Shown here: positions 1-8,491 of the stretch, in pieces
Layout: each line of letters starts with the position of its first letter
How positions within the stretch are numbered: position 1 is the first letter of the stretch
From: Flavobacteriaceae bacterium
Lineage (GTDB): Bacteria > Bacteroidota > Bacteroidia > Flavobacteriales > Flavobacteriaceae
Assembly (NCBI GenBank): GCA_965224465.1
Contig: OZ245049.1
Coordinates: 2,100,001 to 2,132,000 of the forward strand
Length of the DNA stretch: 32,000 bases
Direction of reading: 5' to 3'
Notes under the pieces: generated by a model
The model's input: only the letters and a program-made list of their open reading frames with translations
The model's database searches: none
Told to the model about the DNA's origin: nothing
Made by a program: the position numbers and the translations under genes

Positions 1-3000
1 CTAGATGGTTTGGAATCCCATCACTGTCGGTATCTGGACAAGTAAAAATTGGATTATTTAAAGCTGCTACCGCAGAAACATTAATAGACCACCAATATTC
101 TCCTATATTAACATTAAAAGAAAAAGCACTTACCTCTGTATTTATTAACTTTATAGAACCTTCCATGTAAGACCCTATATTATAAGCTACATCTGTAGTT
201 TCGTTAACATGTAAATTTGTTCCACCTGCTCCTCCTGCAAACACCTTTTCAATATCAGTATTAAAAGTAGCTTTCATTGCTTGTGCTCCAGCTCCAAAAG
301 ACCAAAAATGTACATGAGGCATATATATTGGTTCGGAGAATGTTAACGTATAAGTTCCCGCTTTATCTAATTGAGGAATAAAACTACTAAAAGGCTTACC
401 ATCTGGTTTAGGGCAAAATTGTGCATTAGAACTTTGCCAATAATTATAAGTAGTAGCACGTGTTCCTACAGGAGCCTCTAAAGTAACCGTTATTGTTCTA
501 TCTAACATTACCATTTCACCAGTATAAATAGTCCCTGATTGAGATTTCCAATCAATAAAAGTCTGTTTGTTTGCTAAAGGAGCACATTCCCCTACCTCTT
601 CAGCGGGAGGACATTCATCCTTATCTAAAATCCCATCATTATCATCATCTATATCTGTAATATCTAAAACACCATCGCCATCTGTATCGACACAATTAGG
701 ATTTAAAGTTACCGTTACTCCATTACTACTAGGACTGTAGCAACTATTTGCAGCATTATAATAATACGCGTAGTAAACGCCTGCTGCAGAAATAGGCATC
801 GTTTCTACACTTGATAAACCGTCACTAGCATCCTTATCTGTACTCCACACTAACACAGCTTCTGCAGGTGTATTTCCAGTATGTAATGTATTTAGATTCA
901 TGCTCGGAATCGCGCAAGTATTTGTCATACTCGTTGCAGATAAAGGAGGAGAAATAATTCCAGAAGGACAGCATAAATCTGGTGTAGTTGTAGTTTCTAC
1001 CTTTTCACCCGCCTTAAAGAAAACACCATTCATTATCACTGCATTTTCTTGTGTACCTATCCCAGTTCCAAATCCACTAGGAATTGTTGTGTCTATAGAA
1101 GTAGTTTCAAAAGTACCGTCTCCCTTTCCTAAGAAAACAGAAACCCCTGAATTTGCCCCAATATTATCATAAGCAGATACATAATCTATCTTACTATCTT
1201 TATTTACATCCACTAAGAAAGATTGCTCTGCATTGGTATAGTTCCCTATCCTAACATTTCCTATTGTAGAAGATATTGTAAGGGCAGTGGTACTTGCATT
1301 GGTATTTATAAGTCCAGTCCCATTGTTTAGGAAACACATTATTTTAATCTCTGAACCATCATTAAAAGCATGTACATAATCCAAATAACCATCGTTATTC
1401 ACATCTGAAAAAGAAGAATATTCATTCTCTGCCGAACCAGAACTATTTGTATATCCAGAATCTTCTAGAGTAATATCAAAAAAGAGATTGGTATGAAACC
1501 TTCCATCTCCATACCCAAGCCAAGCTTGCATTCTCCCTGTAGATCCATCGTCAAAAGCACCTACTAAATCGGCAATATTATCTCGGTTTAAATCCTTTAA
1601 AAAAAACTGTTCCGACCCCGAAACCCCACTCGTTCCTTTAGCTGTGGCACCCGTAAGATAAGAACTAATTCTATTTCTTATAAAAGTACCATCACCGTTA
1701 CCAAGATAAGAATGTATTTTATTATCATTTCCTGAGAAAACATAATCTAATATAAAATCTCCATTTACATCAGCTAACCAGCCTTGTTCTGAGTTTGTTT
1801 CTCCAGCAAAAACTTGCCCATCGGTAACCTTAGAAAAACCTGTAGTTACAATAGCTGAAGTTACAAAAGTACCATCTCCATTATTTAAATAAACATAAAT
1901 GCTATTGTTTCCATCCTCTGTAATGTGTACAACATCTTTATCTCCATCGTTATCAACATCACCAAAACAAGAAGAAGAAGAAGCTCCTTTCCCAAAGACT
2001 CCTGTGCCTTGCCCTTCCCTATCAAATCCTGAAAAAGATTGTTTGTTAGTACTAAAAGTACCATCATCATTAGATATCCATGCTGACAAGCCTAAGCCAG
2101 CAAAACTACTAGAGTCTGAACCCGTTATAATCGACACACTACTATGATTATTAGCAGATTTTACAGGCACATTAATCGGTTTACCTTGACAAAAAGAATC
2201 GGCTTGATCGATCGCACCATCGCCATCATCATCGATACAATTCGTACAAATTTCTGGTTTAGAAAATACGCCACAGGCTAAAAACGAAGACTGTTTATTT
2301 CCTGTCCCCGTCGCAAAATTTACTGGAATAGTAGTATTTACTGGAGTGGTTGCAAATCTACCTAATCCATCTCCTATATATACTGAAATTCCCGATTGCG
2401 CCCCCATATTATCATAGGTAGTTACAAAATCGGCAATTCCATCTTTTGTTACATCTCTAAAAAAAGACTGTTCTGCATTGGTATAATTAGAAAACCGCCC
2501 ATTTCCTCCCGGAGGAGCTACAGTCACCAATGTTTCTAAAGGAACTGTTTCAAAAGTTCCATCTCCATTATTACGGTAGGTCCATATTTGCATAGTCCCA
2601 TCCATAGATTCTGCATGCAGGTAATCAATATCTCCATCTCCATCAACATCTGCAAATTGAGAATATTCATTATCTCCTGAACCCGAACTATTGGATCCAC
2701 CTGTGTTATCTAAGGAAGCATCAAAAAAGGCAGTGGTAGAAAATGTTCCATCCCCAATCCCTTTCCAAACCTGAATTCCAACTTTTGGAGAAGATAAGAA
2801 AGGTACTGTTCCATAAGTCCCTACCAAATCGGCAATTCCATCTCCGGAAACATCTGCTAATAAAAATTGCTCAGAACCTGAAACGCCACTCGTATTAAAA
2901 TCTTTAGAATCGGTAATTGTAGTCGTAACATGTGTCTTGGTAAAAGTACCATCTCCATTACCAATATAAGTGTGTATTTTATTATCATTTCCAGAGAAAA

Positions 3001-3874
3001 CATAATCTATTTTATGATCACCAGTCACGTCTACAAACCACCCTTGTTTTGCATCACTTAATCCTGCAAAACCATTCGCAGTTCCTGCTTGCATTCCTGT
3101 GGTAATAATTGCTTCGTATTTAAAAGTATTATCTCCATTTGCTAGGTAAACATAGAGACTATTGCTATTGTCTTCGGTAGCATGAATAATATCTATTAAC
3201 CCATCATTATTGGCATCAGCAAAATAAGTAGACGAATAAACATCATCTCCCCAAACTTTTGTTCCTGAAGCAAACTCTCTATCAAAACCACCATAGGAAA
3301 TTTCTTCGGTATCAAAAGTTCCATCACCATTAGACATCCAAATAGAAAGTCCTCTATCACTAGTACCATCGTCATCAGCACCATGAATAAATGCAACATT
3401 ATCACAGATACTTGGTAAAACAGCTCCTCCTAGATTAGGAGACTTATAATTTATAAACGATTTAAAGACACCTCCTATAGGTGTGTTTTTTACAAAAAAG
3501 TTTATGATAGTATCATAAATTGTATTCTTTTTTAAAGAATAATCATTCTCGTATCCTACGGGTCCAAAAGTATCCAAATATAAAAACAAATTCTTTTCTT
3601 TGACACCAACATCAACAAAAGCAAACAGTCCTTCTCCTTTCTTCAACACAAATTCCTTATTCTCAACATCCCTATTTAAAAATACAGATGTACTTAAAGA
3701 AGATCCATTAATTGGTGTTGCAAAAAAAAGACTTATAAAAAACAAGTATAAAATAAAACACGTCTCCTTGTTTCTATAATGATCTCCAAACTGAACAAAC
3801 AGCAAAGCATTTGATTGTATGTAATAGCATTGCAATAATTGACTAGATGAATCAAATTTGGGGAACAGTTTCAT
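1..3874 (-). CDS. Giant FG-GAP/VCBS-repeat cell-surface protein, N-terminal 1291 codons (C-terminus lies beyond the left window edge)
   Basis: Absent from the ORF track because it has no stop inside the window. Read on the reverse strand from ATG (3874..3872), the frame stays open to position 1. If it held an in-frame stop, the track would have listed an ATG-to-stop piece. The translation starts MKLFPKFD..., with a hydrophobic stretch CFILYLFFISLFFA. It then carries many FG-GAP-like units (NGDGTF, DVDGDGDIDY, DVNNDGYLDY, GDVDNDGDKDVV). Thrombospondin-type-3-like acidic runs (DTDGDGVLDITDIDDDNDGILDKDECP, CPDTDSDGIPN) lie near the edge. Confidence 0.8.
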   Translation of the reverse strand, partial: MKLFPKFDSSSQLLQCYYIQSNALLFVQFGDHYRNKETCFILYLFFISLFFATPINGSSLSTSVFLNRDVENKEFVLKKGEGLFAFVDVGVKEKNLFLYLDTFGPVGYENDYSLKKNTIYDTIINFFVKNTPIGGVFKSFINYKSPNLGGAVLPSICDNVAFIHGADDDGTSDRGLSIWMSNGDGTFDTEEISYGGFDREFASGTKVWGDDVYSSTYFADANNDGLIDIIHATEDNSNSLYVYLANGDNTFKYEAIITTGMQAGTANGFAGLSDAKQGWFVDVTGDHKIDYVFSGNDNKIHTYIGNGDGTFTKTHVTTTITDSKDFNTSGVSGSEQFLLADVSGDGIADLVGTYGTVPFLSSPKVGIQVWKGIGDGTFSTTAFFDASLDNTGGSNSSGSGDNEYSQFADVDGDGDIDYLHAESMDGTMQIWTYRNNGDGTFETVPLETLVTVAPPGGNGRFSNYTNAEQSFFRDVTKDGIADFVTTYDNMGAQSGISVYIGDGLGRFATTPVNTTIPVNFATGTGNKQSSFLACGVFSKPEICTNCIDDDGDGAIDQADSFCQGKPINVPVKSANNHSSVSIITGSDSSSFAGLGLSAWISNDDGTFSTNKQSFSGFDREGQGTGVFGKGASSSSCFGDVDNDGDKDVVHITEDGNNSIYVYLNNGDGTFVTSAIVTTGFSKVTDGQVFAGETNSEQGWLADVNGDFILDYVFSGNDNKIHSYLGNGDGTFIRNRISSYLTGATAKGTSGVSGSEQFFLKDLNRDNIADLVGAFDDGSTGRMQAWLGYGDGRFHTNLFFDITLEDSGYTNSSGSAENEYSSFSDVNNDGYLDYVHAFNDGSEIKIMCFLNNGTGLINTNASTTALTISSTIGNVRIGNYTNAEQSFLVDVNKDSKIDYVSAYDNIGANSGVSVFLGKGDGTFETTSIDTTIPSGFGTGIGTQENAVIMNGVFFKAGEKVETTTTPDLCCPSGIISPPLSATSMTNTCAIPSMNLNTLHTGNTPAEAVLVWSTDKDASDGLSSVETMPISAAGVYYAYYYNAANSCYSPSSNGVTVTLNPNCVDTDGDGVLDITDIDDDNDGILDKDECPPAEEVGECAPLANKQTFIDWKSQSGTIYTGEMVMLDRTITVTLEAPVGTRATTYNYWQSSNAQFCPKPDGKPFSSFIPQLDKAGTYTLTFSEPIYMPHVHFWSFGAGAQAMKATFNTDIEKVFAGGAGGTNLHVNETTDVAYNIGSYMEGSIKLINTEVSAFSFNVNIGEYWWSINVSAVAALNNPIFTCPDTDSDGIPNHL
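1050..3352 (-). repeat. Intragenic tandem duplication: two ~1.05 kb FG-GAP modules (about 1050..2092 and 2300..3352) offset by ~1260 nt
   Basis: Similarity is visible at nucleotide level. For example, 1681.. reads taaaagtaccatcaccgttaccaagataagaatgtattttattatcatttcctgagaaaacataatct and 2941.. reads taaaagtaccatctccattaccaatataagtgtgtattttattatcatttccagagaaaacataatct. The translated modules align colinearly (GLSAWISNDDGTF / GLSIWMSNGDGTF). Both contain DYVFSGNDNKIH, VSGSEQF and NYTNAEQSF. Confidence 0.75.
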
Positions 3875-3975
3875 ATATGTTTTATGTTTAGAATTATAAA
3901 CATGCTAGCACTCACTAGGTCTATTTATACATTCCGATAAATTCAAAAAAGGTATTCAGCAATTTTCCTTCCAAC

Positions 3976-3983
3976 CAAATATA
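3976..3983 (-). promoter_or_regulatory. Candidate Bacteroidota -7 box (TATATTTG) for the FG-GAP gene
   Basis: Plus-strand caaatata is TATATTTG on the minus strand, matching the established TAnnTTTG -7 consensus. It lies ~100 nt upstream of the ATG at 3874. No clear -33 TTTG was seen. Confidence 0.3.
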
Positions 3984-4716
3984 CAATTAAATGGCTCTTT
4001 TTAAAATACCCCACCTCATACCATCTATAACAAAAAATAGAAATACAAAATATTGATTTTTAATAACTTACAGAAAAATTAAAGACCTGTAAGTAAAGAC
4101 ATCCATGCACTCTAAAAAGATGCATCTGATACATACACAATACTTCAGCTACTTCTTAGCTGCTAAAAAACACATATTACAACACTAAAGACGAGTAAAA
4201 TTCCATCAGGAGCGTCCTTTTTCAGAAAAGACAAGTGCCAAAATTTAAAATCAAAATACCTACGTATATTCTTAGTATAAAAAAACATGCATTTTTCAAA
4301 AAAAAACTAAATTACTTGAACAAAACTCAAATAATTAACTTTTCTTTAACTAGCGTTCATTCTAATACTCAATGATTTGAAGTACTAACTACGAAATCAA
4401 CACTTATTTATTTGAACCAAGAATAATCCTTTATTCTAAAAATACGCTCTTAAGATCTTATCCCAATAACGAATAAAGGACATAAGAAAACTCCGTCTCG
4501 TGTATGATGTAAAAACCACCTATTTTTTATTTTTTTATTAATAAAAACAACATCGTAACAAAGGAAAATTACATCTACCTCAACTAGGTTAGACAAACAA
4601 TCCTCACACTCATAAGCTTCCTAAACAACTACTATACATGCACCTAAAAATACCTACACAAGAGAATCCCTTATTAAATGAACTCATGTTAACTCGAAAA
4701 GCAGTACCTTAGGACT

Positions 4717-7518
4717 ATGAAAAAGGCATGTACACTCTTAATATTCCTTTTCCCCCTACTTATACAATCTCAAATTAGCAACTACGAAGTCCCTAACTTT
4801 GAGAACTATGGAGATCTAGGCAGCTACCTAAATAAGTCTGACCATCACAAACATAAAAATGCTGACTCCACGCTTTTATATGCATTAAAAGCCTATAAAC
4901 TCAAAAAGTCAACCCCCATAGATAACCAACTAATTACGCAACGTAGTATATACGTATCCGTAGCATATTTCTTAAGAGACAATTTACACCTTGCTCAAGT
5001 ATTTATAAAAGAAGCACATTCTATAGCCATCAAAAGAAATCAAGAATTCTACTTACAACAAACATATACCATGTTTGGAAATATAAAACTTGCACAAGGG
5101 GATAGCTTTAATGCAATTATTGCCTATAAACAAGCACTAGATTTGGCTAAAAAACTCAAAAAACCAATACTTAGGAGTATTGTAAACCAAAACCTATCTA
5201 TTTGTTATGCGAATCAAAACAAAATAGTTCTTGCCAAGGAATTCTTAAAACAAGCGAGAATAAATTACAAAAACATTGGTCATAAAGAAGATCCAAACAG
5301 GACTCTTTTTATTAATATTCTCTTAAATGAATCTCGACTTTCCGAGGACTTAAAAAAGGGAATGAAATATATAAAGGAAAGTAAAGATAGCGCAGAAGTT
5401 TATCAAAACACGGATCAAATTGCTGCTATCTTAAAACAAAAAGGGCAATTACTCACTCGTTTTGAAGCTTATAAAAGAGGAATTGAATGTTTAGAAGAAT
5501 CAAGAAGACATGCCAAAAACAACGGATATACAAGTAAGGTATTGGCTTGTGATATAGAGATAGCCAATGCATATTTACACTGGGGTAACTACAAAAAAGC
5601 AACCTATTATTTAAACCAATTTCTAAGAAAAAAAACAAGCACTACAAATCCGCAAACCATGCTGAATGTTAATTTATTAGCAAGTATGATTTTTGCAACA
5701 TCTAATAATTATAAAGTTGCTCAAAAATACGCACTTAAGTTCGGATACGAGAAAGACTCCATACTCAACCACAACGTAAACAGTACTTTTGCAGCATACG
5801 GAAAACATTTTGAGTCCGATCAAAAAGAAAAAGAGATTACCCTGAACAAATTAAAAATAAGCAAGGAAATAAATACACGAAACTTAATTCTATTTGCAAG
5901 TTTTATTTCTCTTTTTATTGGATTTCGTTTTTTTAAAAAACTATACGACAAAGAAAAAAACAAAAAACTGCAAGCAGAAATTGCACTAAAAAAAGAATTA
6001 GAATTCACAGAAATACGTACTAAATTTCTTGGAAACATCTCTCACGAGATTAGAACTCCTATTAGTCTAATTATAGGTTATCTAAACCTAATGAAAGAGA
6101 ACAAGAAACCTGCTTCGAATAAAAAATATATAGACCGCGCTTTATTTAACTGTGAAAAAGTAATTTCAGATGCGAATGAGGTATTGACCTTAATTAAATT
6201 TGAAAAACAAAAAACACAACTCAACTTAATAGACCTTCCCCTCAATGATTTTATACAAAATACTTTTTTCGCCTTCGAAAACACAGCAGCTTATCAGCAA
6301 ATTAAGTTACAATTTGAGTCAACAATAAGTCCGACTATCACCCTTAAATTTGATTTTGAAAAACTAGAAAAAATACTAAATAACATTGTTTCAAACGCAC
6401 TAAAATACAGCAACAAAAAAACAATTATTAGCTTGGCTTGTAGTATAGAAAACGACAGCCTAAAAATAGCTATAAAAGATCAAGGTATGGGAATCTCAAC
6501 AGAAGAACAACCTAAAATTTTCGAGCGATTTTACCAAACAAGCAGTAAGAAATCTACAGGAGGATTGGGAATAGGCCTCTCTCTAGTCCAAGAACTTGTA
6601 GCCTTCTTAAAAGGAGAGATCAAACTTAAAAGCAAACTAGAGCAAGGAAGTACTTTTACACTACAATTCCCTATTGAGCCTACAAAAACAACAAAACACA
6701 ATAAGAAACAATTAAAAGAATCTGTGATACCTGCAACACTTATCAAGGACACACTTCTATTTAATTCAGAGAAACCATTAATCCTGGTAGTAGACGACAA
6801 CATAGAGATGTTACGATTTCTTAAGGAGCTATTTGTTCCTTATTTTAATTGTATGTTCGCTTATCACGCTATAGAAGCTTTAAACCTAGCAAAACACAAT
6901 ACTTTTGACCTCGTATCTTCTGATGTAATGATGCCCGATATTGATGGTTTCGAATTTAAATCTATGATCAATCAAATTGAAGGGTACGAACATGTCCCAT
7001 TTATAATGCTATCTGCAAATACATTTTCTAGTTCAAAAATCAAAGGGTTCAATCTAGGAATCAACGACTATATTACCAAACCCTTTGAAAGTATAGAACT
7101 AATTACACGCATGCATAATTTATTAAAAAACAGCAATGCCTTAAAAAGATTAGCTCTCAAAAATAAACGTATTAAAAAAGAAGAAAAACATGCGCTTACC
7201 CATGAACAGCAACTCATAAAAAAAATCACAAAAACAATTGAAAACAACTTAGAAGATGAACATTTTAAAATTGATAACCTCGCCAAAGAAATAGGTTATA
7301 GTCAGCGGCAATTATCCAGGATTCTAATAAAAAACACAGGTCTTTCTCCCGTAAAATTTATACTAGAATTAAAACTAAAAGAAGCTTATAGTTTGATTAA
7401 ATCAAAAAAACACCCTACCCTCTCTGAAGTCCGATTTAAGGTAGGGATTAATAGTGGCTCGTATTTTACCAAAAAATTTAAAGAACGCTTTGGAATTACT
7501 CCTAGCAACTTAAAATAA
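4717..7518 (+). CDS. Hybrid sensor histidine kinase / response regulator with TPR-like sensor region and C-terminal AraC-type HTH
   Basis: 933-aa ORF. It has a signal-like N-terminus, helical TPR-like repeats (about aa 40-340) and one TM segment (LILFASFISLFIGFRFF). The H-box is NISHEIRTPIS (His codon 6043..6045). ATPase boxes are NNIVSNALKYS, DQGMGIS and GGLGIGLSLV. The receiver is LILVVDDN...DLVSSDVMMPDIDG (Asp codon 6922..6924)...ITKPF. The AraC HTH tail reads IGYSQRQLSRILIKNTGLSPVKF...YFTKKFKERFGITPS. Confidence 0.9.
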   Translation: MKKACTLLIFLFPLLIQSQISNYEVPNFENYGDLGSYLNKSDHHKHKNADSTLLYALKAYKLKKSTPIDNQLITQRSIYVSVAYFLRDNLHLAQVFIKEAHSIAIKRNQEFYLQQTYTMFGNIKLAQGDSFNAIIAYKQALDLAKKLKKPILRSIVNQNLSICYANQNKIVLAKEFLKQARINYKNIGHKEDPNRTLFINILLNESRLSEDLKKGMKYIKESKDSAEVYQNTDQIAAILKQKGQLLTRFEAYKRGIECLEESRRHAKNNGYTSKVLACDIEIANAYLHWGNYKKATYYLNQFLRKKTSTTNPQTMLNVNLLASMIFATSNNYKVAQKYALKFGYEKDSILNHNVNSTFAAYGKHFESDQKEKEITLNKLKISKEINTRNLILFASFISLFIGFRFFKKLYDKEKNKKLQAEIALKKELEFTEIRTKFLGNISHEIRTPISLIIGYLNLMKENKKPASNKKYIDRALFNCEKVISDANEVLTLIKFEKQKTQLNLIDLPLNDFIQNTFFAFENTAAYQQIKLQFESTISPTITLKFDFEKLEKILNNIVSNALKYSNKKTIISLACSIENDSLKIAIKDQGMGISTEEQPKIFERFYQTSSKKSTGGLGIGLSLVQELVAFLKGEIKLKSKLEQGSTFTLQFPIEPTKTTKHNKKQLKESVIPATLIKDTLLFNSEKPLILVVDDNIEMLRFLKELFVPYFNCMFAYHAIEALNLAKHNTFDLVSSDVMMPDIDGFEFKSMINQIEGYEHVPFIMLSANTFSSSKIKGFNLGINDYITKPFESIELITRMHNLLKNSNALKRLALKNKRIKKEEKHALTHEQQLIKKITKTIENNLEDEHFKIDNLAKEIGYSQRQLSRILIKNTGLSPVKFILELKLKEAYSLIKSKKHPTLSEVRFKVGINSGSYFTKKFKERFGITPSNLK

Positions 7519-8316
7519 TTAGGACACGACTATTTCAACAACAAACCCTTCGTGATTACGAACATTTAACACCTGTCCATTTTCAAATAAAAGATACTGC
7601 CCTTTCACTCCTTTTAGAACACCTTCTATTGTTGGGATTTTATCAAAATTAACAGATTTTATTTTTGTAGGATATTGCACTACGGGATATTCAAAATGAT
7701 AAACCTCTTTATTTGAGTCTAAAAAATAAGGTTTTGTTTCTTCTGGCAACAGGTCCTTGATTTTATTTTTCTCTGCTATCAAATCTATAGTAGCCACTTC
7801 ATTTTTAAGCATTTTTTGCCAGCTTGTCTTATCTGACATATATTCTTTTAAAGCGACTTCTGCAATCCCTGCTAAATATCGATTTGGTGTTTCTAAAATA
7901 GCAATAGCTTGACTCGCTCCTTGATCTATCCATCTTGTAGGCACTTGGGTTTTCCTTGTCACGCCAACTTTCAAGTTACTAGAAACTGCTAGGTAAACAA
8001 TGTGAGGTTTTAATTGAACACTTTTCTCATAGTCCAAATCTCTATCTTCGATTCCCAAATGAGCTTTACTTAATTCTGGGCGCATTACCCAATCACCCAC
8101 CTGTGCATTTGCATAAAAACAATCGTAACAATTCCCTTGTCTATAAATTTTCTTTGCTTTCCCACAATTTGTACATTGATGAGAAATAAAAGAAATCCTC
8201 AAAGATTTCCCAATTAATTGATTGACCTCTAGCACATCATTGTCTGTCTCTAAAAAATAATGAATGACTTTTTTATATTCTGTTTGCATTTTTTTTAGGA
8301 GTCCTTGATAAATCAT
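7519..8316 (-). CDS. DUF2797-like zinc-ribbon protein (function unknown)
   Basis: 265-aa ORF with an ATG start. It contains CTNCGKAKKIYRQGNCYDCF (a CxxC...CxxC ribbon). Overall length and N-terminus (MIYQGLLKKMQTEY...) resemble my recollection of the DUF2797 family. Its stop abuts the kinase stop with no intervening nucleotides. Confidence 0.65.
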   Translation of the reverse strand: MIYQGLLKKMQTEYKKVIHYFLETDNDVLEVNQLIGKSLRISFISHQCTNCGKAKKIYRQGNCYDCFYANAQVGDWVMRPELSKAHLGIEDRDLDYEKSVQLKPHIVYLAVSSNLKVGVTRKTQVPTRWIDQGASQAIAILETPNRYLAGIAEVALKEYMSDKTSWQKMLKNEVATIDLIAEKNKIKDLLPEETKPYFLDSNKEVYHFEYPVVQYPTKIKSVNFDKIPTIEGVLKGVKGQYLLFENGQVLNVRNHEGFVVEIVVS

Positions 8317-8491
8317 CTATTTTTTTTAGTATTTTTAACACGCTAAAGGTACATAAATCTATTGAACCCAAGAGAAAATAACTTATAGACCCCGTGATAA
8401 CACGAGCTATTCGCTAACAAACGCTTGAAATATAATTCAATTGACACAAACTACATTAGCCATCGATTTTAAAGAAAAAAAACAAAAAAAC

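Noticed and set aside
900-3405. Track ORFs 900..1172(+), 1885..2070(-), 1899..2147(+) and 3196..3405(-)
   Set aside because: All lie inside the 3.87-kb open minus-strand FG-GAP reading frame, in other frames or on the other strand. Their translations are low-complexity and not protein-like.
5453-7286. Five short minus-strand track ORFs inside the hybrid kinase gene, plus similar antisense or alternative-frame ORFs inside the GH3, helicase, polyprenyl synthase, rlmN, queA, aat and flavin-reductase genes
   Set aside because: They are embedded in well-supported longer genes with clear motifs. AT-rich DNA produces such antisense ORFs by chance.
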